Positions 32,979 through 45,094 of a stretch of DNA of 64,000 nucleotides are shown here, in pieces. This DNA is from an uncultured Gemmatimonadaceae bacterium (GTDB taxonomy: Bacteria > Gemmatimonadota > Gemmatimonadetes > Gemmatimonadales > Gemmatimonadaceae): assembly GCA_963829055.1 (NCBI GenBank), contig CAWHHI010000020.1, positions 512,001 through 576,000 of the forward strand, given 5' to 3'. The notes under the pieces are model-generated. The model was not told where the DNA came from, did no database searches, and saw nothing but the letters and a program-made list of their open reading frames with translations. The translations under genes were made by a program, and so were the position numbers. Position 1 is the stretch's first letter. Each line of letters starts with the position of its first letter.

Positions 32979-34646
32979 TCACCAGGCGATCGCGTATGCC
33001 TCGCGACGCGGATCCGCGCCCGCCACTCGGCCGCCCGATGGCGTAAGCATGATCACCTGCGCGCCACCGAACTCCTCACTCGGCTCCTGCAGCGTCACCT
33101 GATGCCCACGCCGGGTAAGCGCCTCGCGGACGTCTGCCGCGATACCAGGCTCCACGCCGATGCGCTCGCGGCCATACCAGCGGAATCGCGCCGCCTCCAC
33201 CGCCTGCTGCGGCGTTAGGCCGAACTGCAGGATGTTCGTGAGCACCTGCACGAGCGTCTGCGGCTGCCCGTCCCCGCCCGGCGTTCCCACGACCATCATC
33301 AGCGAGCCATCGGGGCGGAGCACCATCGCCGGACACAGCGTATGGAACGGACGCTTCCCGGGGGCGATCACGTTCGCGTGCGTCGTATCGAGCACATACA
33401 GCGACCCGCGATTGTGGAGCGTGACGCCAGTGCCCGGCACCATCCGGCCGCTCCCGAAGGCGGCGAACAGGCTCTGGATCATCGACACCGCATTTCCGTC
33501 CTTGTCGATGACGCCGAGGTACACGGTGTCGCCCGTGCCATCGCGGTTCGCGTTCGCGTCGCCGTCATTGGCCTTGAGCTTGTCGCGCAGGCGACGCGCG
33601 AGATCCGCCGCGTAGTCCTTGGAGATCAGCTTCGCGACGGGCACCTCCGAGAACGCCGGATCGGCGACGTACTTGTCGCGATCCGCGTACGCGAGCTTCG
33701 CTCCTTCGACCAGCGAGTGGATGTAGTCCGCCGAGTTGCGGCCCATCGGCTTGAGATCCGATAGCTCGGCGATGTTGAGCTGTTCCAGCAGCGTCACGCC
33801 CTGCGTGTTAGGCGGAAACGCGATCACCGGGTTGCCGAGGTACGTGCTCGAGATCGGCTTCTCCCACGTGGAGTGGTGGCGCGCAAGATCGCTCGCGGTG
33901 AGCAGGCCGCCCTCCTTCTCCATGAACTGCGCGATCTGCTTGGCGAGCGCTCCCTTGTAGACGACGTCCGGCCCGCCGGCGGCGATCGCGCGCAGCGTAC
34001 GCGCGAGATCGGGCTGTTTGAGCAGCGACCCCACGGGCGGCGCTTCACCGTTAGGCAGGAAGATGCGCGCGAGCTCCGGATCCGCGGCGACCTTCTTCTT
34101 CGACTCGGTGATGTCGGCGTTGAGCCGCGGCGACACGGGGAATCCACGCTCGGCGTAGCGGATCGCCGGCTGCAGCGCCTGCGACAGCGTGATGGTGCCG
34201 TACTTCTGGAGCGCGTCGGCCCAGCCGCGGACAGCGCCGGGCACCGAAACGGAGAGGATGCCCGTGCCCGGCACGGCTTTCATCCCCTTGGCACTGAAGA
34301 ACGCAGGCGTCGCCTTGCTTCCGGCTCGGCCGCTGCCATTCAGTGCCACGATCTCGCCCGTCTTCGCGAGACGAATGAGCATGAAGTTGTCGCCACCGAC
34401 GCCGTTCATGTGCGGCCTGACGACGGTGAGCAGCGCCGCCATCGTGATCGCCGCATCGACGGCGTTGCCGCCGCGCTTGATCACTTCCATGCCGGCGGCG
34501 GACGCGAGCACGTGGTCCGACGTCACGGCGGCGTCGATTCCGCCGACATCCGGACGCATCGACGGCAGTTGGGCGATTGCCGGTGCCGCCAGGAACGGAA
34601 GCAGCGCGAGCGCGCGAGTGGTCGAAAGGAATCGAGGCATATGCAT
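32979..34646 (-). CDS. ggt: Gamma-glutamyltransferase
   Basis: GGNAVDAA, GVGGDNF, GDTVYL (Thr nucleophile), PGKRPFHTL, GTPGGDGQPQ, GADPRR. Confidence 0.92.
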   Translation of the reverse strand: MHMPRFLSTTRALALLPFLAAPAIAQLPSMRPDVGGIDAAVTSDHVLASAAGMEVIKRGGNAVDAAITMAALLTVVRPHMNGVGGDNFMLIRLAKTGEIVALNGSGRAGSKATPAFFSAKGMKAVPGTGILSVSVPGAVRGWADALQKYGTITLSQALQPAIRYAERGFPVSPRLNADITESKKKVAADPELARIFLPNGEAPPVGSLLKQPDLARTLRAIAAGGPDVVYKGALAKQIAQFMEKEGGLLTASDLARHHSTWEKPISSTYLGNPVIAFPPNTQGVTLLEQLNIAELSDLKPMGRNSADYIHSLVEGAKLAYADRDKYVADPAFSEVPVAKLISKDYAADLARRLRDKLKANDGDANANRDGTGDTVYLGVIDKDGNAVSMIQSLFAAFGSGRMVPGTGVTLHNRGSLYVLDTTHANVIAPGKRPFHTLCPAMVLRPDGSLMMVVGTPGGDGQPQTLVQVLTNILQFGLTPQQAVEAARFRWYGRERIGVEPGIAADVREALTRRGHQVTLQEPSEEFGGAQVIMLTPSGGRVAGADPRREAYAIAW

Positions 34647-34651
34647 CGTCG

Positions 34652-35393
34652 TTAGGTGTCGGATCGACCGGCCGGCATCGCGGACTGGTCGATCATCCAG
34701 ATGGTGCGTTCACGTGAAGAAACCATCGCGGCCGGATAGCGGCGGGCCGTGTCCTCCCCGGACAGGATCTCTCCGATGACCGGACGCTTGTCCGCACCCG
34801 CGATGAGGAACATCGCGCATCGCGCGCCATTCAGAAATGGGAGTGTCGTCGTGACGCGCGGTACGGCAGGCTGAACCGCCGTTGGCGCCGCGACGGCGAC
34901 CGCAAAGCGAGTCTGCTCCTCGAGCGCGGGCGATCCAGGGAACAGCGACGCGGTATGGCCGTCTGGGCCAACGCCCAGAAGGACGAGATCGATGCCGTCG
35001 CGGACGAGTCGGCGTCAGCGTCGCGTCGTAGGCAGCGGCCGCGGCATCCACCGTCGCCGTATCGGTTGGCACCGCGTGCACGCGCTCGTGCGGAATGGGC
35101 ACTCGCGAGAGCAACGCCTCGCGTGCCATCCTGTAGTTGCTGCGCTGATCGTCCGCGGGCACGAAGCGCTCGTCGCCGAAAACGATGTTGGTCCGCGACC
35201 AGTCGATCGCGTCGCGATGTCGCGTCGCCAACAGCTCGTACGTTCGCCGCGGCGTGTTGCCGCCCGCGAGCGCCAACGTGAACCGTCCGCGCGCCGCAAC
35301 GCTCTCACGAGCGATCGCCACGATCTCGTCGGCCGCGGCATCGCTCAACGCCTCGAGGTCGCGGAATGGTCGAACGTCGCGGGCGCTCGTCAT
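34652..35393 (-). CDS. pgl: 6-phosphogluconolactonase; frameshift near 35010
   Basis: LAGGNTP, FGDERFVP, SNY; then LLGVGPDGHTASLFPG in the shifted frame; downstream of zwf. Confidence 0.88.
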
Positions 35394-35415
35394 CTCGTGC
35401 CAGAGCAACTCGTGG

Positions 35416-36975
<1,560 letters not shown>

Positions 36976-37026
36976 TGTAACGCGTCCCCGCTCGTTTGCA
37001 GTTCAGACCTAACGATTGGCAACCAC

Positions 37027-37158
37027 TGTCATCCCGAGGAGCGCCAGCGCTTGTCATCCCGAGCGACAGCGAGGGATCTTCTGTCCGGTCCTCGTGGATC
37101 GTCCGGCTACGATGCCATCACAGAAGGTCCCTCGTCGCTAGCGCTCCTCGGGATGACA
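37027..37158. repeat. REP-like element copy 2, with a doubled left arm
   Basis: TGTCATCCCGAG at 37027 and 37052; CTCGGGATGACA ends at 37158. Confidence 0.85.
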
Positions 37159-37162
37159 CAGA

Positions 37163-38068
37163 TCAGCTCTTCTTCACCGCGTGCCCGCCAAACTGATTGC
37201 GGAGCGCCGACAGCAGGCGGTCCGTGTACGATTCGGAGTCACGCGAGCGCAGACGCTGTAGCAGCGCCAGCGTGATGACCGGCGCCGGCACGTCGAGGTC
37301 GATCGCCTCCGCCACCGTCCATCGCCCCTCGCCCGAGTCCGACACGTACGGTGCGATGGACGACAGGTCCTGGTCGTCGTGCAGGGCGCGCGCCGTGAGA
37401 TCCAGCAGCCACGATCGTACCACGCTGCCCGTGCGCCACAGCTCGGCGATCTGCGCCAGGTCGAGATCGAATTCCTTCTTGTGCTTGAGGATCGAGAAGC
37501 CTTCGGCATACGCCTGCATCATGCCGTACTCGATCCCGTTGTGGACCATCTTCGTGAAGTGGCCCGACCCGACCGGACCGACGTGTCCCCAGCCCTGATC
37601 CTTTGCCGGCGCGAGCGTCTCGAAGATCGGGCGGATGCGATCGACTGCCTCGTTAGGTCCGCCAACCATGAGGCTGTAGCCCTCCGTCAGCCCCCAGATC
37701 CCGCCGCTCGTACCGGCGTCCACGAAATGCAATCCGCGCTCGGCGACCATGGCCGAGCGGCGGATCGATTCCTTGTAGTTGCTGTTGCCGCCGTCGATGA
37801 TCGTGTCGCCCGAGGCGAGCAGGTCGGCGAGCGCGCGCACCGTGTTTTCGGTGGGGTCGCCCGCGGGAACCATGATCCAGACCGCGCGCGGAGCCGCGAG
37901 CTGCTTGACGAGATCCTCGAGCGTGTTCGCGCCGCGAGCCCCGTTGGTCGTCGCGGCTTTGACGGCGTCCGCGGTCCGATCGAATGCGACGACCTCATGC
38001 CCACCGCGAACGAGCCGCGTCGTCATGTTCGCGCCCATCTTTCCCAGTCCCACCATCCCTAGCTGCAT
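37163..38068 (-). CDS. gnd: 6-phosphogluconate dehydrogenase, decarboxylating, short type
   Basis: GLGKMG, IDGGNS, SGG, KMVHNGIEYG, DSGEGRW, RNQFGGH. Confidence 0.95.
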   Translation of the reverse strand: MQLGMVGLGKMGANMTTRLVRGGHEVVAFDRTADAVKAATTNGARGANTLEDLVKQLAAPRAVWIMVPAGDPTENTVRALADLLASGDTIIDGGNSNYKESIRRSAMVAERGLHFVDAGTSGGIWGLTEGYSLMVGGPNEAVDRIRPIFETLAPAKDQGWGHVGPVGSGHFTKMVHNGIEYGMMQAYAEGFSILKHKKEFDLDLAQIAELWRTGSVVRSWLLDLTARALHDDQDLSSIAPYVSDSGEGRWTVAEAIDLDVPAPVITLALLQRLRSRDSESYTDRLLSALRNQFGGHAVKKS

Positions 38069-38133
38069 GTCGCCCTCGGTTGACGGTATTTAAAACATGA
38101 CATGCTCGGCGCATGGATGGATGACTCGGATCG

Positions 38134-38260
38134 CGGAAGGCGGAGGGCGGAGGGCGGAGGGCGGAGGGCGGAACGCGGGACGCGGCCGTTGGACGGGGAA
38201 CGGACGCGACCCACGGCGGTCGCGTTGTTCCGCCGTCCGCCCTCCGCTGTCCGCCTTCCG
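38134..38260. repeat. GGCGGAG heptamer-arm inverted repeat element
   Basis: About 5 heptamers in the left arm, a complementary degenerate right arm, and an internal ACGCGACC/GGTCGCGT hairpin. Confidence 0.75.
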
Positions 38261-38281
38261 GCAGTCGGCGGCCGGTTCTAG

Positions 38282-38301
38282 AATTAGATACTTAGCTAAA
38301 T
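38282..38301. promoter_or_regulatory. Putative SdpR/ArsR autorepressor operator AATTAG-N8-CTAAAT
   Basis: AT-rich near-palindrome ending 13 bp before the ArsR start codon. Confidence 0.6.
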
Positions 38302-38314
38302 ATTGAATTCTTGA

Positions 38315-38590
38315 ATGAACGACGTCTTCCGCGCACTCGCCGACCCAACCCGACGCGAAATCCTCAAGCTCCTGCGAGCAGGACCGCGCACGTCCGGCGA
38401 AATCGCCGACCGGTTCCCTTCCACATGGGCTACCGTCTCGCGACACCTTGGCATCCTCAAGGATGCCAAGCTCGTGTTGGCTGAGCGCGATGGGCAGAGC
38501 ATACGGTACGAGTTGAACACCACGGTATTTCAGGAGGTCGTCGAGCACATGCTCGATTGGACCAAGCCCCCACGGAGGCCCAATGCGTAG
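38315..38590 (+). CDS. ArsR/SdpR-family transcriptional repressor
   Basis: FRALADPTRREIL, SRHLGILK, YELNTTVFQE; overlaps the SdpI-like gene. Confidence 0.9.
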   Translation: MNDVFRALADPTRREILKLLRAGPRTSGEIADRFPSTWATVSRHLGILKDAKLVLAERDGQSIRYELNTTVFQEVVEHMLDWTKPPRRPNA

Positions 38591-39236
38591 GTGGTTGCCG
38601 GCAGTGCTGATCGCCGGCGCAGTGCTATTCTCGCTCGCAGTTTATTCGAGACTTCCCGATCAGGTGCCCGTCCACTGGGGATCTTCAGGCGAAGCCAACC
38701 GTTACGGCACTCGCATCGAGGGCGCGTTCCTCATGCCGGCGCTCATGATCGCATTGCTGGTGATCATGCGCTGGTATCCATCGCGCGATCCACGCTCGGC
38801 AAACATCGCCAAGTTCCGTGACGCGTACGACACGGTAGTCACCGGAACGATCGCCCTGTTGACCGGAATCCACGTGCTCGCCCTGGGGGATGCACTCGGG
38901 TGGCAGGTCGACATGGCCAGAGCGGTCATGATCAGCATCGGCGTGTTGTTCATTCTGGTGGGCAACCTGCTCCCGGTCGTTCGATCGAACTTCATCCTCG
39001 GCATCCGGACGCCGTGGACGTTGTCGAGTGAGACGGTGTGGACGCGCTCGCACCGCGTGGGCGGCTACGCCATGGTCGGCGCCGGCGTGATCACGATTGT
39101 CGGCGCGCTGGTGGCCCGGCCGTGGGGACTCGCGGTTGCATTGGTGAGCTTACTGATCTCCGCCGCGATTCCGATCATCTACTCATACGTATTGTGGACG
39201 AGGGAGCACGGCCGTCCGTCGGACGAGCGACCCTAG
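38583..39236 (+). CDS. SdpI-family membrane immunity protein (DUF1648 + SdpI)
   Basis: LPDQVPVHW, GNLLP, GIRTPWTLSSETVW. Confidence 0.9.
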   Translation: MRRWLPAVLIAGAVLFSLAVYSRLPDQVPVHWGSSGEANRYGTRIEGAFLMPALMIALLVIMRWYPSRDPRSANIAKFRDAYDTVVTGTIALLTGIHVLALGDALGWQVDMARAVMISIGVLFILVGNLLPVVRSNFILGIRTPWTLSSETVWTRSHRVGGYAMVGAGVITIVGALVARPWGLAVALVSLLISAAIPIIYSYVLWTREHGRPSDERP

Positions 39237-39326
39237 CGGGGGGCTGAGCCGGCGGTCAAGCACGCGCCGTGCAATGCGTTGGTGGGAGTGGGTGCGATTC
39301 CGGCACTCGGAGTCGGCTCGCGGGCC

Positions 39327-39356
39327 GATTCCCAATTCCCGATTCCCTATTCCCGA
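39327..39356. repeat. Heptamer short tandem repeat (ATTCCC core) x4
   Basis: cgattcccaattcccgattccctattcccg immediately upstream of the PAP2 start. Confidence 0.6.
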
Positions 39357-39359
39357 CGG

Positions 39360-40169
39360 ATGACCGCAGCCGAGCGCCGCAACGAAGACCGAGGACGATT
39401 CCGGGTTCTCTGGGATCTCGTGTTCCGCGGGCTTCGCATGTCATACGGCCACGTCCATTCGTTCACGACGGCGCTCGGGTTGTTTCTCGTCGCGGGCGGA
39501 CTCGTGGCGATCGCGTTCACGTACGCGTTCGCGAGGATCGCGGAGCTCGTGCGAAGCGGCTACACGCAGCCGTTCGATGAGTCGGTGCTTCGCTGGATGG
39601 AACGGCATCAGACGCCGCTGATCGAGCGACTGATGGTCGAGGTCACGATGCTCGGCACCTGGATCGTGGTGCTCAGTATCGTGAGCATCGCGGCGCTATT
39701 CCTCTGGCTGACGCGCCACAAATACTCGGCGACGCTGCTGCTCGTGGCGACGGCCGGCGGTATTGGCCTCAACAACATCCTCAAGGTCGGCTTCTCGCGT
39801 CCGCGTCCTCAGGTCTTCGAGTGGGGCACGACCGCAAGCAGCTCGTCGTTTCCTTCGGGCCATGCGATGAGTGCGACTGTCGTGTACATGACGGTCGCGT
39901 ATCTGGCGGCGCGCCTCCAGAAGACGCACGTCGCGCGGCTCGCGACGCTCGCGGTCGCCGGATTTCTCGTCGCCATCATCTGCTTCAGCCGTCTGTACCT
40001 CGGCGTGCACTACCCATCGGATGTCGTGGCGGGCGTGCTCGTCGGGCTCGCGTGGGCGGCGTTCTGCATGGCGACGCTCGAGGCCATTCAGCGCTTCGCG
40101 AAACGCAATGCGAAGGAGGTGCTCAAGGACGAGGCCCCCGCCCCAGAGCCACAGACGGCGAAGGCCTGA
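39360..40169 (+). CDS. PAP2 family phosphatase
   Basis: K...RPRP, SFPSGH, SRLYLGVHYPSDV. Confidence 0.92.
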   Translation: MTAAERRNEDRGRFRVLWDLVFRGLRMSYGHVHSFTTALGLFLVAGGLVAIAFTYAFARIAELVRSGYTQPFDESVLRWMERHQTPLIERLMVEVTMLGTWIVVLSIVSIAALFLWLTRHKYSATLLLVATAGGIGLNNILKVGFSRPRPQVFEWGTTASSSSFPSGHAMSATVVYMTVAYLAARLQKTHVARLATLAVAGFLVAIICFSRLYLGVHYPSDVVAGVLVGLAWAAFCMATLEAIQRFAKRNAKEVLKDEAPAPEPQTAKA

Positions 40170-40181
40170 GCGGTTGTTCCG

Positions 40182-40934
40182 CTATCGGTGCGCCGTTACT
40201 CCAACCTGGCGGCAGTACTCGAGCACCGGACACGTCGAGCATTTGGGAAGCCGCCCCGTGCAGATGTGCTTCCCGAAAGGCACGAGCAGTCGGTTGATCT
40301 CGATCCAGTACTCGCGCGGAAGCTTCCCCTCGAGCGCGACCATCGTCGCTTCGGGAGAGCTCGTCGCGACGTAGCCCCACCGATTCGTGACACGGTGGAC
40401 GTGAATGTCCACGCTGATCCGCTCAGCCCCGCAAGCGACGCCCATCGTTAGGTTCGCGCACTTGGGGCCGACGCCGCGGAACGATGTGAGGACGTCGAAG
40501 TCGCACGGGAGCTCGCCGCCGAACTCGTCCACCGTACGTCTCGCGATCTCGCGGATCTGGGCGGCCTTCGCCTCGTGAAAGCTGCTCGCGCGGATCAGCG
40601 TGTCGATCTGCGCCACGGACAGCTTCGCCATCTTCTCCGGCGTCGGCGCGCGCTCGAGCAGCTCGATCGCGACCGGCAGGCTCACCTCGTCACGCGTGCG
40701 GATCGAGATGATGCACGCGACGAGCTGCTGGAACACGCTCTTGAACCCGCGCTCTGCGAGGTCGAACATCGCCGCATCGGCATGCTCGGCCACCGCCGCA
40801 CGAATGCGACGGAGCACCGTGTGAATGTCGAAGCGGCGCTTCGATCCCTCGTTGCGGTCGGCGCGCGCGCCACGCGCCGCGGTGGTCTCACGAGTTCGCA
40901 CGAGCACCTGAAGCGCAGAAGCAATGCCGTGCAC
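40182..40934 (-). CDS. nth: Endonuclease III (HhH-GPD, 4Fe-4S); start uncertain
   Basis: GVGPKCAN, VDIHVHR, C-x6-C-x2-C-x5-C. Confidence 0.88.
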   Translation of the reverse strand: MHGIASALQVLVRTRETTAARGARADRNEGSKRRFDIHTVLRRIRAAVAEHADAAMFDLAERGFKSVFQQLVACIISIRTRDEVSLPVAIELLERAPTPEKMAKLSVAQIDTLIRASSFHEAKAAQIREIARRTVDEFGGELPCDFDVLTSFRGVGPKCANLTMGVACGAERISVDIHVHRVTNRWGYVATSSPEATMVALEGKLPREYWIEINRLLVPFGKHICTGRLPKCSTCPVLEYCRQVGVTAHR

Positions 40935-41005
40935 CGTCGCACTGGCGGGAAACGCCGTGCCTGCCGAAGCTCATGAGCCTGGCGCCAATCCCAAAAAACA
41001 CACTG

Positions 41006-43013
41006 ATGCGCATCGAACTTTCACTATTGGTCGTCGCGACACTGCTTGGTGCGCCCCTCGTCGCTCAAACGCGTCCGGCGACGGGCGTCGACACGACCGG
41101 TGCCGTGCGTGATGGTCGGCCGACTCCCGGACCCGTCTACGAGATCCCGGAGTTCTCGCGAGCGGTCGAGCGGGGCACGCGTACGCGCACGGGACAACCG
41201 GGCCCGAAGTACTGGACCCAGCAGATCCGCTATCGGATCGACGCCCGCCTCGACCCCGCAGCCGCCCGCATCCGCGGGACCGAGAGGGTGACCTACACGA
41301 ACCGCTCGCCGGACGCACTGCGACAGATCGCCATTCATCTGCGCCAGAACGTGTTCGCGCCCGGCAGCCCGCGGCGGGAGTCCGCTCCGCCCACCGATGG
41401 GATGACGGTCTCGCGCGTGTCGGTGAATGGCCAGGCTGTGCGAGCGGCCCCTCCGGGAACGAATCCCAACCGCGCGCCCGCGGGTACGTTCGCGGTCGAC
41501 GCCACCGTGATGTGGATCTCGCTGTCCGCGCCGCTCCAGCCTAACGACAGTGTGTCGCTCGACATCGCCTGGTCCTACTCACCCGCGCCATCGCCTTCCG
41601 ACGGTCGGCAGGGCCGAGAGAGTGACGTGTACATCACGGGGTACTGGTATCCGCAGGTCGCGGTGTACGACGACGTGCACGGCTGGGTGGCTGACCCGTA
41701 TCTGCTCGAGGCCGAGTTCTACATGGAGCCCGCGGACTACGACGTGCGCGTCACGGCCCCGCGCGGCTGGGTCGTTGGCGCGACGGGCGTGCTGCTGAAC
41801 GCCGACTCCATCCTGTCGTCGGACGTCCGCGCGCGACTGGCCGATGCGCGGCGAACGGGCGATGTCGTTCACGTCGTCACGCCAGCACCCGATGCGTCGC
41901 GTGCAACGAGTGGCCGGGCCCCGACCATCACCTGGCATTTCTCGGCTGACTCCGTCCGCGATTTCGCGTGGGGCGCCGGCAATCACTACGTGTGGGACGC
42001 AACGCGGGCGCTCGTCAGGCGTCGCGACGGCGCGCCCGATACGGTCATGATCCACAGCTTCTTCCGCCGGAGCGCGCCGGCCGCCGCGTGGGCCGTCGGT
42101 GGCGCGCGCTACACGCGCGACGCGATCCAGGAGCTCTCGAAGTACCTGTGGCCGTACCCGTGGCCGCAGATGACGTCAATGGAAGGCGTGCTGACGGGCG
42201 GAGGCATGGAGTACCCGATGATGACGGCCATGCAGCCGTGGGCGGATACGCTGTCGCTGGCCGGAGACCTGATGCACGAGACCGGCCACATGTGGTTTCC
42301 CATGCAGGTCGGCTCGAACGAGACACGCTACCCGTGGATGGACGAGGGATTCACCCAGTTCGACGCCGCGCAGGCAATGCGCGTGCTGTACGGGGAACCG
42401 CGGAGCGGCGGCAGGCCTAACGATTCTGAGCCGGGGCAGCGCGGGCGGTATCTCCGAGCTGTTCGATCCGGGAACGACGCGCCGCTCATGACGTTCGGCG
42501 ACGACATGCCGCGCGACTCGTATTCGGCGATGTACTACGACAAGACATCGCAGGTGCTCGCGGCGCTTCGCGCAGTACTCGGTGAGCAGACCTTTCACCG
42601 CGCGTTCCTCGAGTACGGGCGGCGATGGACGGGCAAACACCCCTACCCGTACGATTTCTTCAACACGATGGCGGACGTCACCGGGCGCGATCTGTCGTGG
42701 TTCTGGTCCGCGTGGATGTACGAGGCGTGGCCACTGGACCAGGCGATCGAGTCGGTGACCACGAGTGGTGATTCCGTCGCTGTCGTCATCGCTGACCGCG
42801 GCCTCGCGCCCATGCCGGTGCTTGTCGCCATCACGCGCGCAGATGGCACCGTGCAGCGGATCGAGCTTCCGGTAGATGCGATGGCTGCGCGGCGAGCGCC
42901 GGCAAACGCTACGGATCTCTGGCAGGCCAGCGATCACGCGAATCGAGATAGACCCTGATGGTCTTTTCCCGGATGTCGATCGTCGCAACCAGGTATGGAT
43001 GCCTAACAAGTGA
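41006..43013 (+). CDS. M1 family metallopeptidase, secreted; frameshift near 42880
   Basis: GMEYP, HETGHMW, WMDEG, YDK; true C-terminus ...IDPDGLFPDVDRRN in the shifted frame. Confidence 0.88.
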
Positions 43014-43033
43014 TGGCCGGTCGTCCGGCAAGC

Positions 43034-43482
43034 ATCATCGCGCCGGGGCCGGTGGGAACTACGATTGGGCGGATGAACGGCAAAACAACCGGATAGGTGT
43101 CATTCCGAGCGAGCGGCAGCGAGTCGAGGAATCGCGATCGTCCGGATCGAGGGGCCACTCTGCCAGTACCCTCACGATTCCTCGACTTCGCTCGGAATGA
43201 CAGCCCGGCTTTGCATTCACGCATCATTGCGCCGGGGCCGGTGGGAACTGCGATTTCGCGGATGACGCGGAAGAAGCAGGATGATCGCGTCGGTAGATCC
43301 GGCTCCTCACGCAACGAGCCGGGACTCTTTGGGAACGGCCGCTCGGGAGACTCCCGCGTCCCGAGCGGCCGTTCCCATTTCATTCAGGGCCGCGGCGAGG
43401 GCCAGCGTCGCTGCAAAGCAGTATCCGGCAGTTTTGCAGTTGATCCGCCAAATCGTAGTTCCCACCGGCCCCGGCGCGATGA
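43034..43482. repeat. Composite nested repeat: ~60-bp terminal inverted repeats enclosing a REP-like element and a structured core
   Basis: TCATCGCGCCGGGGCCGGTGGGAACTACGATT near 43034, direct copy near 43225, inverted copy ending 43482; TGTCATTCCGAGCG...CGCTCGGAATGACA at 43098-43202. Confidence 0.8.
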
Positions 43483-43498
43483 AGAGGAACCGACGAGG

Positions 43499-43891
43499 TC
43501 AACGACCCGCGACGTCGATGGGCCAGCTGCCCGTCCGCTCGTCTGATGGAGCTCCCGGCCGGTACATGATGACCCGAGCCCGTTCCAGCGTGATGAGTCC
43601 GCCGCCGATCATTTCATCGAGCTCGGGGAGGATCGCCTCGATGCGCTCCTCGGTCTCGACGCACTCCACGACGATCGGAAGGTCGAGCGAAAGCACTTCG
43701 ACACGATCGGTGCGGACGTGTGCACTGGCGCCGAATCCCATGATGGCTCGGAACACGGTCGCGCCGGCATAGTGACGGGCCCGCAGCAACTCGACGATCG
43801 CCTGATAGAGCGGCTTCCCGGATTTCGGGTCCTTGTCGCGCTCTCCTATGTGGATGCGCATGAGGGTGCGTTCACCCTTGAAGCCGTGCAT
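43499..43891 (-). CDS. DUF190 (PII-like) protein
   Basis: LMRIHIGE, AGATVFRAIMGFG, LSLDLPIVVE, GLITLE; follows crcB. Confidence 0.9.
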   Translation of the reverse strand: MHGFKGERTLMRIHIGERDKDPKSGKPLYQAIVELLRARHYAGATVFRAIMGFGASAHVRTDRVEVLSLDLPIVVECVETEERIEAILPELDEMIGGGLITLERARVIMYRPGAPSDERTGSWPIDVAGR

Positions 43892-43924
43892 GACGTGCCT
43901 CCGCCTGAACCGGGACTCGTACCC

Positions 43925-44320
43925 CTACATCGACCGTCGCGCCGCGAGCAGCTGCCCGGCCGCCGCGATGCCGAGGAACGTCGCGACGAGCGACACCAGC
44001 ACGCTCGCGCCGATGTAGATCGCGGCGCGTCGATAGTCACCATCCTCGATGAGCGTCATCGCGTCGTAGCTGAACGTCGAGAACGTCGTGTACCCGCCGC
44101 AGAATCCGGTCGTAAGAAGCGCGCGAACCTCCGCCGAGACGGAGGGCGAGCCGAGCGCGTACCGGAGCACGAACCCGAGCACGAGTGAGCCGGTAACGTT
44201 CACGATCAAGGTGCCGATCGGAAACGTGCTCGACGCGCGCTGCTGGATGAACATCGAGAGTGCGTAGCGCGACGCACCGCCGACGGCGCTTCCGAGCGCA
44301 ACGTACCAGAGCAGGTTCAT
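43925..44320 (-). CDS. crcB: Fluoride channel CrcB/Fluc
   Basis: GGASRY, FPIGTLIVNVTGS, TTGFCGGYTTFSTFS. Confidence 0.95.
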   Translation of the reverse strand: MNLLWYVALGSAVGGASRYALSMFIQQRASSTFPIGTLIVNVTGSLVLGFVLRYALGSPSVSAEVRALLTTGFCGGYTTFSTFSYDAMTLIEDGDYRRAAIYIGASVLVSLVATFLGIAAAGQLLAARRSM

Positions 44321-44347
44321 GGATCTCCGCGCGCGCGGGACCGAACG

Positions 44348-44383
44348 AAAAGACTCCCACGCGTTAGGTGACGCGTAGGAGTC
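44348..44383 (-). terminator. Riboswitch expression-platform terminator
   Basis: GACTCCTACGCGT-CACCTA-ACGCGTGGGAGTC-TTTT on the minus strand, overlapping the aptamer 3' end. Confidence 0.85.
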
Positions 44384-44422
44384 ATCAGCCGAAATCGGCG
44401 GTTCACGGCGAACTCCATCGCC
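44375..44422 (-). ncRNA. Fluoride (crcB) riboswitch aptamer
   Basis: GGCGATGGAGTTCGCC-GTGAACCGCCGATTTCGGCTGATGACTCCTAC matches the consensus and sits directly upstream of crcB. Confidence 0.93.
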
Positions 44423-44511
44423 GACCACGCTCCGTGGTGCGGCAATCCTACCGAGTCACGGCCCTCCCTGTCAACGCGACCGTGGTCGCGGTTGGGCCAG
44501 AGCGGGCGTGC

Positions 44512-44844
44512 TCACGCCGCCGCTTTGACCCGCTGGAACAGCGAGCCGAGCGCTCGGACGACCGTCTCGTTTCCCTCGCGGAGGAGCGCGGCGAGAATGT
44601 GCTTGCAGATCCGCTCGCGCCAGATGTGGTCCCCGCAATCACACCGGGGAATGGAGGTGGTGTAGAGGTCCACCCAGTGGTCGTGATCCCCGCCAACGAC
44701 GTGGTAGCGGCCGTTTCCAACTCGCCGCCCATCCAACGCGAGGCTTCGTTCCAGACGGTCCAGATCGACGCCCCCAGCTGCCTCGAAATCGATTGCGACG
44801 CGTGCTGCCGCGCCTGCTGCTACGTGTGCCATGCCCATCTCCAT
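44512..44844 (-). CDS. Small SWIM zinc-finger protein
   Basis: CDC-x9-CKH motif; start uncertain (44832-44862). Confidence 0.75.
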   Translation of the reverse strand: MEMGMAHVAAGAAARVAIDFEAAGGVDLDRLERSLALDGRRVGNGRYHVVGGDHDHWVDLYTTSIPRCDCGDHIWRERICKHILAALLREGNETVVRALGSLFQRVKAAA

Positions 44845-45094
44845 CCCTGTAGTCCAAGCCAATTATTCGCAACGGTAAAGCGTCCCAAATATACTCCGAA
44901 ACACCTCTCGGGTTTCGATATTCCCAGAGCGAATTGCTTACGAAATACCCTGCACTCGAGACGTGGAAACGGGCTCCGCGCTGAAAGATTTTCAGCGAGA
45001 TGTGAGACTTGGCGGGCGGTCGTCTCGTACTGACCTGAATCAGAAAGTGGCGTGATCGCGTTGCTCGCGCCGATCGTGTCCGTTTGACTCTGAT

